Shown piece after piece: positions 48,420 through 61,300 of a stretch of 64,000 nucleotides of DNA. Position numbers and translations under genes: made by a program. Source of the stretch: a virus; the IMG/VR virus record IMGVR_UViG_3300042549_010246, positions 1 through 64,000 of that record; one strand, given 5' to 3'. The notes below the pieces were generated by a model. That model ran no database searches and was not told the origin of the DNA. It worked only from the letters and a program-made list of their open reading frames with translations. The first letter of the stretch is position 1. The number at the start of each line of letters is the position of its first letter.

Positions 48420-50183
48420 ATGACAAACATAGCAACCCCTTTATTTAGAGTAGAGTATGAAAAAGACGGCAACAAAATTTTTGTTTACTATCAAAATGAA
48501 AAACCAATTGATGTAAGTATATCCGTAGCAGACATCGATTCAAAACACGCGATTTATGCATTTGACTCTCATTTTAGAGATTATTCAGGCTGTTGGAATG
48601 TTCCTGTACCTGTAGCCGCTTTGAATCATTACAATCGGACAGGATACTTTAGGGGATATGAGGTTTCGATTTACACTTCGGATAGACTTACTCTGTTGGA
48701 ACAACATACGATTTGGTATAATGAAAACGCTCCAAAATTTGATAGAGTATTATTCCCTACTGACCCTTGGAATTTGACTTGGATTAATTACACGGAAATG
48801 TTTGTTGAAGACTTCTACAACCCGCTTCAAATGAACATCAATGGAGTTTGTTTGGATATTGGCGCAAATGATGGTCTATACACAGAATATTTGCTTCGTA
48901 ATGGAGCAGAACGGGTTTATGCAGTAGAATGTGACCCCCGTAGTATAAAGTTCCTTAACAAGCGTTTTAATGGCGATAAAAGGGTAGTTGTGGTTGACAA
49001 AGGATTATGGAATGCAAACCAAAATGGTGTAAAGTTGGCTTACAAAGAGGACACGAGCACAGTTTCATCTATCAAGACTGAAGTTCATCACTTTGATGAA
49101 AACAATTATTTTTACATTGATACTTGGGATTATGCGACTTTGAAGAGCAAAATGAATATCAGTAAAGTTGATTTTTTCAAGATTGATATTGAAGGTGCTG
49201 AATATGAAGTTTTCGAATCAATGACCGATGATGACATTTGTGAAATTGAAGGTTTTATGGTCGAGATTCATTGGAATTCAAATGGCCGTATTTATGGTAT
49301 CACTGATAGACTTGAGAAATTAGGTTATTCAATTGAACTTCGCAGACATACGGTGGACAATGCCGTAGTAGAGAACCGTGACGAATGGAAAGATTACGAC
49401 CTATGCACATTCTACGCTTCAAAAAAAAAAGAGCCACGGAAGTTTAGTTTAAGCATCCATCATTTGCAAACGAGTCTTTTTACTGATGTTGAAAGGCAAA
49501 GTCGTGACAAAATTGATTATTTAATTCATTTGTTGAAGAAAGATTCTCGTTTTAGTGAGGTCTATTGGAGTCGTCATATCAATACTCCTTGGAAGGAATT
49601 ACCAACTAAAGAGAATTGTAAAAGACCAAATGCGTTGTCGATGGAAAAATTTCCAAATGGCATAAATGAATATGGAGAAACTGCGCTGACACCCGCTCAC
49701 TATGGCTGCTTTAGAGCATTTAATGATGCTATTCAGATGCATTTCAACAAGGACTATTCAGCGACGTTGATATTTGAGGGTGACGCGGATATTCGAGATG
49801 TGTATTCGTTTATTGAATGCCTATACCTTGCCCTGTGTGAGGCAGACAAAAATGAAATAGATTTCATTTCATTTGGAGGAGCGTATCATTTGGAGACAGG
49901 CGAATTATTAGCACATCCCGTGGAGAGAATTGATTCCTTAAATTTTGGGTGGATTTCAAAACACGTTCCATTTGCACATTCGATAATTATTCCTCAGAGA
50001 TACATCAAACAGATGATGCACGCCTTTGCAACTGAGCCTTGGGATGTTGCTGATTTATTTTTTATGAATCATTTTAATATGCATCCAAACAGGAGACAAT
50101 TTGTAAGCGAAATTCAACTGAGTCATCAAATTGATGGATATTCATTAATCGATAAAAAAGTCAAAAATTACTTAATCAAATGA
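48420..50183 (+). CDS. FkbM methyltransferase fused to a GT25-like glycosyltransferase
   Basis: LDIGANDG and FKIDIEGAE; HYGCF.A...LIFEGDA. Confidence 0.75.
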   Translation: MTNIATPLFRVEYEKDGNKIFVYYQNEKPIDVSISVADIDSKHAIYAFDSHFRDYSGCWNVPVPVAALNHYNRTGYFRGYEVSIYTSDRLTLLEQHTIWYNENAPKFDRVLFPTDPWNLTWINYTEMFVEDFYNPLQMNINGVCLDIGANDGLYTEYLLRNGAERVYAVECDPRSIKFLNKRFNGDKRVVVVDKGLWNANQNGVKLAYKEDTSTVSSIKTEVHHFDENNYFYIDTWDYATLKSKMNISKVDFFKIDIEGAEYEVFESMTDDDICEIEGFMVEIHWNSNGRIYGITDRLEKLGYSIELRRHTVDNAVVENRDEWKDYDLCTFYASKKKEPRKFSLSIHHLQTSLFTDVERQSRDKIDYLIHLLKKDSRFSEVYWSRHINTPWKELPTKENCKRPNALSMEKFPNGINEYGETALTPAHYGCFRAFNDAIQMHFNKDYSATLIFEGDADIRDVYSFIECLYLALCEADKNEIDFISFGGAYHLETGELLAHPVERIDSLNFGWISKHVPFAHSIIIPQRYIKQMMHAFATEPWDVADLFFMNHFNMHPNRRQFVSEIQLSHQIDGYSLIDKKVKNYLIK

Positions 50184-52330
50184 GAATAGCACATATTCAA
50201 CCAAGCGTAATTTCAGTCCCCCCTAACGGATGGGGGGCAATTGAAAAAATCATTTGGGAATACAAAATGGTTTTGAATCAGTTAGGACACGTCTGCGAAG
50301 TAGTCAATTTGCAGGATTTGAAGGCTGAAGAATGGGATATCATCCATTGCCATATGTTTGACCAAGCATTATGGTTGGCTGAACAAAAAGTTCCATATTT
50401 TTATTCGCACCACGACCATCATTCGATGGTTTGGGGTGAAGAAAGTGCTAATTATCAATTAAATCTAAAAGCAATGAGACTTGCTGAGATTGCCTTTGTT
50501 CACGCACAAAGTAGTATTGAGATGTTTAAAAATATCCCTTATTATTTGAGTCACGGTGTGAATACTGAATTCTTTGATTTTATAAGGCCGAAAAATATTG
50601 ATGAACCGAATATTATTATTGTCGGGAACAATGGTTTGGCGGGAACTGAGCAAGTCTTTGACCGAAAAGGTTTCAGGTATGCAATTGAGGCCGCACGTGA
50701 ATTAAAATGGACAATTACTATGGTTGGTCCCAAAGCAACCCAAGAACAGTTTCTGAAGGAAAATCCCGATTTGCAGTATGAAAAACTAAGGTTGGTTTTT
50801 GATGCGGACGAGGAGCGGTTGAAGAAAGAATTACAGAATGCTCATTTAATGATTCACGCTACGTTTGTAGAGGCAGGTCATCCACCTTTAACACCTTTGG
50901 AAGCAATGTCTTGCGGGGTCCCTGTAATTGGTACACCAATGGGTATTGATGTGCCTCAAATAATATGTGAAAGAACTACCGAAAGCGTAGTAGAAGGAAT
51001 TAAACAATTCGTATTTCAAAGAAATTCATTAATTGCAGAAGCACGCCTAATTGCTGAAAATTACGATTGGAAAATTATTGTTGAAAATAATTTATTGAAA
51101 TGGTATTTTCAGGTCTTGGACCGAAACAATATGGCTAATACGGCCCGTAGAATTTACCATCAATCGACCATAAATAAAGTGCAAGACACTATGATGTTCA
51201 AGTACTTAGATGGTGCGAGAGTGGATTTGGTTGGTAGTAGCGATAAAACGTATAAGGCCGAACTTTCGGTTCGGGATGAGCACTTAGGAATTATTTTCAG
51301 TGCAGATTTAAAATGCGGTATGTATGCTCAGGGTGCAATGAAATATCATAGATATTGGGAATGGAAAATTACGGATGAAAAAGGGAACGAATTTTTACAT
51401 CCATATGATGCGACGGACAAACGTGTTTATGTGGCGATTGAAAGTTCAAGTTTAGGAGACTCTTTGGCTTGGGTCCCAATAGTTGATGAGTTTAGAAAGG
51501 TGCACAATTGCAAAATGATTATCAGCACTTTTTGGAACGATATGTTCAGGGATGCATACCCTGAAATGGAATTTATCAGGGCGGGAACACCCGTTAATAA
51601 TATTTATGCAATGTACAGGATTGGTTGGTATTACGAGAACGACGGTTTAGAGGTACATTATGGACATCACTCACGCGATTTCCGCAAATTTTCTTTGCAA
51701 GGTACAGCCTGTGATATTTTAGGTCTTCCTGACATCGAAATAAAACCAAAATTAAAGGAAATTGAAGGGCAAAAAAATGATAAAAAATATGTAGTTATTG
51801 CACCTCACGCTTCGAGCCATTGTAAATATTGGCACAACGAAGAAGGATGGTCTAAAGTTGTCGAATTTTTAAACGAGTTAGGTTATGAGGTTTGGAACAT
51901 CTCAAAGGAGTCTGCATCAAGCGATTGGGAGAATTCTAAGTTGCCAAAAAATGCATTAAAAAACGTAATTGATAAGACGGGAGACATACATATAGACGAA
52001 AGGATTTCTCAAATAAAATCCTCATCTTTGTTTATTGGATTAGGAAGCGGACTTTCTTGGTTGGCTTGGGCCTGTGATACACCTGTTGTTCTGATAAGTG
52101 GTTTCTCACGGCCTATAAGCGAATTTAGTGATTGCACCCGCGTTTTTAATCAAAATGTGTGTAATGGATGCTTTAACGATTACAGGCTTGACGCGGGTAA
52201 TTGGAATTGGTGCCCTAAATATGAAAATACTGACAAAATGTATGAATGCAGTAAGTCAATTACACCTGAACAGGTAATTGACGCAATTAGGAAAACACTA
52301 AACAAGCACCAAACAGCACCCGATGGCTAA
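50180..52330 (+). CDS. GT4 fused to Aah/TibC-like protein O-heptosyltransferase
   Basis: VPPNGWGAIE and LEAMSCG; SLGDSLAWVP, IGLGSGLSWLAW, LISGFS and CNGC...WCP...ECSK. Confidence 0.85.
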   Translation: MRIAHIQPSVISVPPNGWGAIEKIIWEYKMVLNQLGHVCEVVNLQDLKAEEWDIIHCHMFDQALWLAEQKVPYFYSHHDHHSMVWGEESANYQLNLKAMRLAEIAFVHAQSSIEMFKNIPYYLSHGVNTEFFDFIRPKNIDEPNIIIVGNNGLAGTEQVFDRKGFRYAIEAARELKWTITMVGPKATQEQFLKENPDLQYEKLRLVFDADEERLKKELQNAHLMIHATFVEAGHPPLTPLEAMSCGVPVIGTPMGIDVPQIICERTTESVVEGIKQFVFQRNSLIAEARLIAENYDWKIIVENNLLKWYFQVLDRNNMANTARRIYHQSTINKVQDTMMFKYLDGARVDLVGSSDKTYKAELSVRDEHLGIIFSADLKCGMYAQGAMKYHRYWEWKITDEKGNEFLHPYDATDKRVYVAIESSSLGDSLAWVPIVDEFRKVHNCKMIISTFWNDMFRDAYPEMEFIRAGTPVNNIYAMYRIGWYYENDGLEVHYGHHSRDFRKFSLQGTACDILGLPDIEIKPKLKEIEGQKNDKKYVVIAPHASSHCKYWHNEEGWSKVVEFLNELGYEVWNISKESASSDWENSKLPKNALKNVIDKTGDIHIDERISQIKSSSLFIGLGSGLSWLAWACDTPVVLISGFSRPISEFSDCTRVFNQNVCNGCFNDYRLDAGNWNWCPKYENTDKMYECSKSITPEQVIDAIRKTLNKHQTAPDG

Positions 52331-55300
52331 AAACATTTTAATAACACCCTATAGGAATTCCACGAATCCTTTAGAGTTGCCGAAAATAGACTTTATTAAT
52401 GGCTCGACTGCCATTACACTTCAAGTTGAAGAAACCTCACAGTCGTTAACTTTTGTTGGTTCTGCAGGCACACTGTTGCAAATCAATAATGATTTAACAG
52501 GCACGACAATATCAACCAAAAACATTGCAATTACAGGTGTAATTAAAAACACAGGTATAACCTCGAATTCGGGGCTCAATGATTTTGTGGTAGTTGATAT
52601 TGCTACGGGTCAGTTTTATTACCGTAGTGCACCAACGGGCACTTCAGGTAGTTCAGGTCAAAGTGGAACAAGCGGAACCTCGGGAGCAAACGGCTCTTCG
52701 GGCACCTCGGGAGCAAGCGGTTCAAGTGGTACTTCAGGAGCAAATGGCTCATCAGGTACTTCGGGAGCAAACGGCTCAAGTGGTACTTCAGGAGTGAACG
52801 GTACATCGGGAACATCGGCATCAAGTGGTACATCAGGAGCAAATGGCTCTTCGGGTACTTCAGGTGATTCAGGTAGTTCAGGTACGTCAGGAGCAAATGG
52901 CTCATCAGGCACTTCGGGAGCAAACGGTTCATCGGGAACATCGGGCGCAAACGGCTCAAGTGGAACATCGGGTAACTCGGGTTCATCGGGAACATCGGGT
53001 GCAAATGGTTCATCAGGTACGTCAGGTGAAAGTGGTTCTTCAGGTACTTCAGGGTCGAATGGTTCATCAGGAACTTCGGGTTCAAGCGGAACTTCAGGGA
53101 ACTCAGGCTCTTCAGGTACGTCGGGTGACTCAGGTTCTTCGGGTACTTCAGGTGCTAACGGCACTTCAGGAACTTCGGGTGAAAGTGGCTCAAGTGGAAC
53201 ATCGGGTAATTCAGGTTCGTCAGGAACATCGGGTAACTCAGGTTCATCAGGCACATCAGGAGCAAACGGTTCTTCGGGAACATCAGGTGCAAGTGGTGCA
53301 GAAATTACAGATGGTTGGGATTGGGGAACTCCTGTTAACAGTACGAAAATGTATTCAAGTAATGGAAACTTGGATTCATCAACTGTATTATTAAATATTT
53401 CGGAAACCTCTTTATCATTGACCGATTATGCAAGTCAATTTGCATTGATGGGAGTTGGGTCTCGAATCACTACAAGAGGGGGCCTTTTTGCGGCAAATGT
53501 TACAAATTGGGAAGTTACCTCAGTTACAGATGCGGGAACGTATTACGAATTCGGAGTTGTATATCTTTCAGGTACACAATGGACTCCAACTTCAGGAGAT
53601 GATATTTTATGTGATTTTGCAATTGCAGGTAAATCGGGTTCAAGTGGAACAGCGGGTACCTCAGGGCAAAATGGCTCTTCGGGTACTTCAGGAGCGAATG
53701 GTACATCAGGTACTGCAGGAACAACGGGTTCATCAGGTACTTCAGGTGCAGGTGTAGCAAACTATTATGCTCAATATAGCAGTAGCCAATCACAACCATT
53801 ATTGGCTGTAAATACACCTCAGGTAGTTACTTATGACACGGTTGAAATTGAAAATGGTATTTCGTTTTCAGGTGGACAAATCACTGTTCAATACTCGGGT
53901 ATTTACGAATTTACTTTTTCTCCTCAAGTAGAAAAAACGCAAGGTGGTACAGCAGTAAACGTCGACTTTTTTATAAGGAAAAATGGCTTTGATGTTATTC
54001 GAACGGATTCAATACTCGGATTAGTATCTAATAGTTCGACACAACTTCCGTTTGTTGCATTGACGTTGGAATTATTGCAAAATGATTTTATTGAATTATT
54101 ATTTGCATCAACCACCACCTTTGTACAGTTAACTGCGGTTGGCGCAAAGACAACACCATTTATTGCGCCCGCAGCACCATCAATTATTGTTTCATTGAAA
54201 AATATTGGTGTAGCCGCAGTTGCATATACATCAACATCAGGTACTTCGGGTCAAAGTGGTACTGCGGGAGTTTCGGGGTCTTCAGGAACATCAGGTTCTA
54301 CAGGTTCAAGCGGAACGTCAGGAGAAAGCGGCACAAGTGGTACATCAGGTTCTACAGGTTCAAGTGGTACATCGGGAGAAAATGGTTCAAGTGGAACTTC
54401 GGGTTCTACAGGTTCAAGCGGTACATCGGGAGAATCAGGTTCAAGCGGAACTTCAGGAGAAAACGGTTCAAGCGGAACTTCGGGTTCTGCAGGTTCAAGT
54501 GGAACATCAGGTTCTACAGGTTCAAGCGGAACTTCAGGAGAAAGCGGCTCAAGCGGTACATCAGGGTCTTCAGGAACATCGGCATCAAGTGGCACATCAG
54601 GTTCTACAGGTTCGAGCGGTACATCGGGTTCTGCAGGTTCAAGTGGAACTTCAGGTTCTACAGGTTCATCAGGAACTTCAGGAGAAAGCGGCTCAAGTGG
54701 AACTTCAGGTTCTACAGGTTCATCAGGAACTTCAGGAGAAAGCGGCTCAAGCGGTACATCAGGTGAAAGTGGTTCAAGCGGTACATCAGGTGATAGCGGT
54801 TCAAGCGGAACTTCAGGAGAAAGCGGTTCAAGCGGAACTTCAGGAGAAAGCGGTTCAAGTGGAACTTCAGGAGAATCAGGTTCAAGTGGAACTTCAGGTA
54901 CATCGGCATCGAGTGGAACGTCAGGTTCTACAGGTAGTTCGGGCACTTCGGGAGAAAATGGTTCAAGTGGAACGTCAGGTTCTACAGGGACTTCGGGTTC
55001 TTCAGGAAGTTCAGGTACTTCAGGAGAAAATGGCTCATCAGGTACAAGCGGTGAATCAGGAACCTCGGGAACTTCAGGTTCGAGCGGTAGTACGGGTACA
55101 TCAGGTTCTGCGGGCACAAGTGGCAGCACAGGAACCTCAGGTTCTACAGGTTCATCAGGAACAAGCGGTTCTTCAGGTACTTCGGGCGAAAATGGCTCAA
55201 GCGGTACTTCAGGTTCAGCGGGCTCAAGCGGCACTTCGGGCGAAAATGGCTCAAGTGGTACGTCAGGTTCATCAGGGACTTCGGGTTCTACAGGGACAAG

Positions 55301-58300
55301 CGGTGAATCAGGAACGTCGGGAACTGCGGGTTCAAGCGGTAGTACAGGTACATCAGGTTCTGCGGGCACAAGTGGTAGCACAGGTACTTCGGGTTCTGCG
55401 GGTTCAAGCGGAACAAGCGGCTCTTCAGGCACTTCGGGCGAAAATGGCTCAAGCGGTACTTCAGGTTCAACGGGCTCAAGCGGAACAAGCGGTAGCACAG
55501 GAACTTCAGGTTCTACGGGTACAAGTGGTTCAAGCGGTAGCACAGGCTCAAGTGGGTCTTCGGGCGAATCAGGAACTTCAGGTTCTACGGGCACTTCGGG
55601 TTCTACAGGTTCTTCAGGAACAAGTGGTGAATCAGGAACATCAGGCACTACGGGTTCAAGCGGTTCGACAGGTTCTTCAGGAACGTCGGGCTCAAGTGGT
55701 ACATCGGCATCAAGTGGAACGAGCGGCTCATCAGGTATAAATGGTTCTTCAGGAACTTCAGGAAGCACAGGTACTTCGGGTTCTGCAGGAACTTCAGGTG
55801 CAAATGGCTCTTCAGGAACAAGCGGAAGCGCAGGTTCAAGTGGAACAAGTGGTTCTACGGGTTCTTCAGGCACTTCGGGTAGTTCAGGAACGTCCGCATC
55901 AAGCGGTTCAAGTGGTTCAAGCGGCTCTACGGGGTCAAGCGGAACTTCAGGTTCATCAGGAACTTCAGGCGCAAATGGCTCTTCAGGAACAAGCGGAAGT
56001 GCGGGTTCAAGTGGAACAAGCGGTTCAACAGGTTCTTCAGGGACATCAGGTTCAAGTGGTACATCCGCATCAAGCGGCTCAAGCGGTTCAACAGGTTCTT
56101 CAGGAACATCAGGAAGCGCAGGCTCATCAGGAACTTCAGGCGCGAATGGTTCTTCAGGAACAAGCGGTTCATCAGCAACATCGGGTTCAGCAGGTTCAAG
56201 TGGTTCTGCGGGTACTTCAGGTAGTTCAGCAACATCAGGTTCTTCAGGGTCTTCAGGCACTTCAGGTAGTTCAGGTACCTCAGGGGCTAACGGTTCATCG
56301 GGAACAAGTGGCTCATCAGGAACGAGTGGTTCTACAGGTTCAAGCGGCACATCGGGTGCCAATGGTTCATCGGGAACATCGGGTTCTTCAGGAACAAGCG
56401 GTTCTGCGGGTTCAAGTGGCTCTACAGGCTCATCGGGAACATCAGGCTCTTCAGGAACAAGTGGTTCTGCGGGGTCAAGTGGCTCTACGGGCTCTTCGGG
56501 AACAAGCGGCTCTTCGGGTTCAAGTGGAACATCAGGTGCAAATGGTTCGAGCGGAACTGCAGGTTCAAGTGGTACATCAGGTTCTTCAGGAACAAGCGGA
56601 AGCGCGGGTTCAAGTGGAACATCAGGTGCAAATGGCTCTTCAGGTACTGCAGGTTCGTCAGGAACAAGCGGAAGCGCAGGCTCAAGTGGTTCTGCAGGTA
56701 CGTCGGGAGCAAATGGCTCTTCAGGGACTTCGGGTAGTTCAGGTTCAAGTGGCTCCACAGGTTCAAGTGGAACATCGGGAAGTTCAGGTTCTACAGGAAC
56801 TTCAGGGTCTTCAGGAACATCGGCATCAAGTGGAACTTCAGGTTCTTCAGGAAGTGCAGGAACGTCAGGAGCAAATGGTTCTTCAGGAACATCAGGGTCA
56901 AGCGGTAGTTCGGGTTCAACAGGTTCGTCAGGAACATCGGGTGCAAATGGCTCATCGGGAACAAGTGGTTCTGCGGGTTCAAGTGGCTCTACAGGTTCTT
57001 CAGGAACATCAGGGTCTTCAGGAACTTCAGGTTCTACAGGTTCAAGCGGTTCTGCAGGTACATCAGGTAGTTCGGCAACTTCAGGCTCTTCAGGTTCTTC
57101 AGGAACAAGCGGAAGTGCAGGAACATCAGGTGCAAATGGCTCTTCAGGGACTTCGGGTTCATCAGGAACAAGCGGAAGCACGGGTTCAAGCGGTTCTGCG
57201 GGTACATCAGGTGCAAACGGCTCTTCGGGCACTTCAGGCTCCACAGGTTCAAGCGGAACTTCAGGTTCTGCAGGTTCAAGTGGTTCTACAGGCTCTTCAG
57301 GAACATCGGGTTCTACAGGTTCAAGTGGTTCAACGGGCTCTTCAGGGACTTCGGGTTCATCAGGAACAAGCGGAAGCGCGGGTTCAAGCGGTTCTGCGGG
57401 CACTTCAGGTGCCAACGGCTCTTCAGGAACTTCAGGCTCTTCAGGTACAAGCGGAAACGCAGGCTCTTCAGGTACATCAGGTTCATCAGGCTCAAGTGGT
57501 TCTGCAGGGACAAGCGGTTCTACAGGTTCATCAGGAACAAGTGGCTCTGCAGGTTCAAGTGGAACATCAGGTTCAGCGGGTTCAAGTGGTTCAACAGGTT
57601 CCTCAGGTACTTCAGGCGCAAATGGCTCTTCAGGTACTTCAGGCTCTTCAGGAACTTCGGGAAGCACAGGTTCAAGTGGCTCTTCAGGGTCTACAGGCTC
57701 ATCAGGAACTTCAGGTTCATCAGGAACGAGTGGTTCTACGGGTTCAAGCGGTTCTACAGGTTCTTCAGGAACAAGCGGTAGCGCAGGTTCATCGGGAACA
57801 TCGGGCGCAAATGGTTCGAGCGGAACATCGGGCTCATCAGGAACTTCAGGGTCTACAGGTTCTTCAGGAACTGCAGGCTCATCAGGTACTTCAGGAACAA
57901 GAGGTTCTTCAGGTACAAGCGGAAGTACGGGTTCAAGTGGTTCTACAGGTTCTTCAGGTACTTCAGGCTCAAGCGGCACAAGTGGAAGCGCAGGCTCTTC
58001 GGGCTCTGCAGGTACTTCAGGTGCAAACGGGTCATCAGGAACGTCAGGTTCAAGCGGTACAAGTGGTAGCACGGGCTCAAGTGGTTCTTCAGGTTCTACA
58101 GGCACTTCAGGAACGGCAGGCTCTTCAGGAACAAGTGGAAGCGCGGGTTCAAGCGGTTCAACAGGTTCTTCAGGGTCAAGCGGAACAGCAGGCTCGTCAG
58201 GAACATCAGGAGCGAATGGGTCCTCAGGCACTTCAGGTTCAAGTGGTTCTTCAGGTTCAACAGGTTCTTCGGGAACATCAGGGTCTTCAGGAACAAGCGG

Positions 58301-61300
58301 AAGCGCAGGTTCAAGCGGTTCTACAGGTTCTTCGGGCTCAAGTGGTACTGCAGGTTCTTCAGGAACATCGGCATCAAGTGGTAGCGCAGGAACTTCAGGT
58401 TCATCAGGAACTTCGGGTGCAAACGGTTCAAGCGGAACGAGCGGAAGCGCAGGTTCATCAGGAACCTCGGGCTCTTCAGGTTCTGCAGGAACTTCAGGTA
58501 TAAATGGTTCTTCAGGAACATCGGGGTCTTCAGGGACATCGGGTTCTTCAGGTTCAAGTGGTTCAACAGGCTCAAGTGGAACAAGCGGTAGCGCGGGTTC
58601 AAGCGGTTCTACAGGTTCATCGGGCTCAAGCGGAACTGCGGGTTCATCAGGAACTTCAGGCGCAAATGGTTCTTCAGGAACGAGCGGAAGCGCAGGTTCA
58701 TCAGGAACATCAGGTTCAAGCGGAACATCAGGAACTGCAGGTTCAAGCGGAACGTCGGGTACAAGAGGTTCAAGTGGAACGAGTGGCAGCACAGGTTCAA
58801 GCGGTTCTACGGGTTCTTCAGGCACCTCAGGTTCTTCAGGAACTTCAGGAGCAAACGGTTCATCAGGGACTTCAGGTTCAAGCGGAACAAGTGGTTCTGC
58901 GGGCTCTTCAGGCACTTCGGGTTCAAGCGGAACAAGCGGTAGCACAGGGTCAAGTGGGTCAACAGGTTCAAGTGGCACAAGCGGTAGCGCAGGTTCTTCA
59001 GGAACATCAGGTTCTGCAGGTTCCTCAGGTACTTCAGGCGCAAATGGTTCAAGCGGAACAAGCGGAAGCGCAGGTTCTTCGGGTTCTACGGGCTCATCAG
59101 GTACCTCAGGTTCAAGCGGAACAAGCGGTAGCGCAGGCTCAAGCGGTTCTACAGGTTCAAGTGGAACATCAGGCTCGGCAGGTTCAAGTGGCTCAACAGG
59201 TTCATCAGGTTCTTCAGGAACTGCAGGCTCTTCAGGAACATCAGGAGCAAACGGCTCAAGTGGCACATCGGGCTCTTCAGGAAGCGCGGGCTCTTCGGGT
59301 TCTACAGGAAGTTCAGGAACCTCAGGTTCAAGTGGAACGAGCGGTAGCACAGGTTCTTCGGGTTCTACGGGCTCTTCAGGCACATCAGGCTCAAGCGGAA
59401 CATCCGCGTCAAGTGGTTCTTCGGGTACATCGGGTTCCGCAGGTTCTTCAGGAACTTCGGGAGCAAATGGCTCTTCAGGAACTTCGGGCTCTGCAGGAAG
59501 TGCGGGCTCAAGCGGTTCAACAGGCTCTTCAGGCACATCAGGCTCAAGCGGAACATCAGGAAGTACGGGTTCAAGTGGCTCTACGGGTTCGTCAGGAACT
59601 TCGGGTTCTTCAGCAACATCAGGCTCTGCGGGTTCTTCGGGAACAGCAGGCTCGTCAGGTTCTTCGGGAACTTCGGGCGCAAACGGCTCAAGTGGTACTT
59701 CAGGTTCTGCAGGTTCTACAGGCTCAAGTGGTACTTCGGGCTCCTCAGGAACTTCGGGCACAGCGGGTTCAAGTGGTACTTCGGGCACAGCGGGTTCAAG
59801 TGGTACTTCAGGCACAAGGGGTTCGAGCGGTACTTCAGGAAGTACAGGCTCAAGCGGTTCTACGGGTTCATCAGGAACGAGTGGTTCTTCAGGCACCTCG
59901 GGTGCAAACGGTTCAAGCGGAACTTCGGGTTCTTCAGGTAGTGCGGGGTCAAGTGGCTCTACAGGCTCATCAGGAACTTCAGGTTCAAGCGGTACAAGTG
60001 GTAGTACAGGTTCTTCAGGCTCTACGGGTTCTTCAGGGACATCAGGTTCATCAGCAACTTCGGGCTCTGCAGGTTCGTCAGGGACTTCAGGAAGTGCGGG
60101 TTCATCAGGTACTTCGGGGGCAAATGGGTCGAGCGGAACAAGCGGTAGCGCAGGTTCTTCGGGTTCTACAGGTTCATCAGGAACCTCAGGTTCAAGCGGA
60201 ACAAGCGGAAGTGCAGGCTCAAGCGGTTCAACGGGTTCAAGCGGAACATCAGGCTCTGCAGGTTCAAGTGGAACGAGCGGTTCTGCAGGTTCTTCAGGAA
60301 GTGCGGGCTCATCAGGTACATCAGGTGCAAATGGTTCAAGCGGAACAAGCGGAAGCGCGGGTTCTTCAGGAAGCACAGGTTCATCAGGAACATCGGGTTC
60401 TTCAGGAACAAGCGGTAGCACGGGTTCTTCGGGGTCTACAGGCTCAAGCGGAACAAGCGGTAGCGCAGGTTCTTCAGGAACATCGGCATCAAGTGGAAGT
60501 TCAGGAAGCGCAGGTACATCAGGAAGTTCAGGAACATCGGGGGCCAACGGCTCAAGCGGTACTTCAGGTTCTGCAGGTAGTGCGGGCTCAAGTGGTTCTA
60601 CAGGGTCAAGTGGTACTTCGGGTTCATCAGGAACAAGTGGTAGCACGGGTTCAAGTGGTTCTACAGGCTCATCAGGAACTTCAGGTTCGAGTGGAACAAG
60701 TGGTAGTGCAGGTTCAAGCGGAACTTCAGGTTCTTCGGGAACTTCGGGCACAGCGGGGTCAAGCGGTACTTCAGGAACAAGAGGTTCGTCAGGAACTTCA
60801 GGTTCGACAGGTTCATCAGGTTCTACGGGCTCATCAGGTTCTACAGGAACTTCAGGCTCAAGCGGTTCGTCAGGAACTTCAGGAGCAAACGGTTCAAGTG
60901 GTACAAGCGGTAGTGCGGGCTCATCAGGTTCTACAGGTTCTTCAGGCACATCAGGCTCAAGCGGTACATCAGGAAGCGCGGGTTCAAGCGGCTCTACGGG
61001 GTCATCAGGAACATCAGGTTCTTCAGCAACTTCGGGTTCTGCAGGTTCATCAGGAACTGCAGGCTCTTCAGGTTCTTCGGGAACTTCAGGTGCAAATGGC
61101 TCAAGCGGTTCAAGCGGAACAAGTGGTAGTTCAGGTTCATCAGGCTCTACAGGTTCTTCAGGAACATCAGGTTCAAGCGGAACAAGCGGAAGCGCGGGTT
61201 CTTCGGGTTCAACGGGTTCAAGCGGTACAAGCGGCTCTTCAGGAACATCGGCATCAAGCGGAAGTTCAGGAAGCGCAGGCACATCAGGTAGTTCGGGTAC

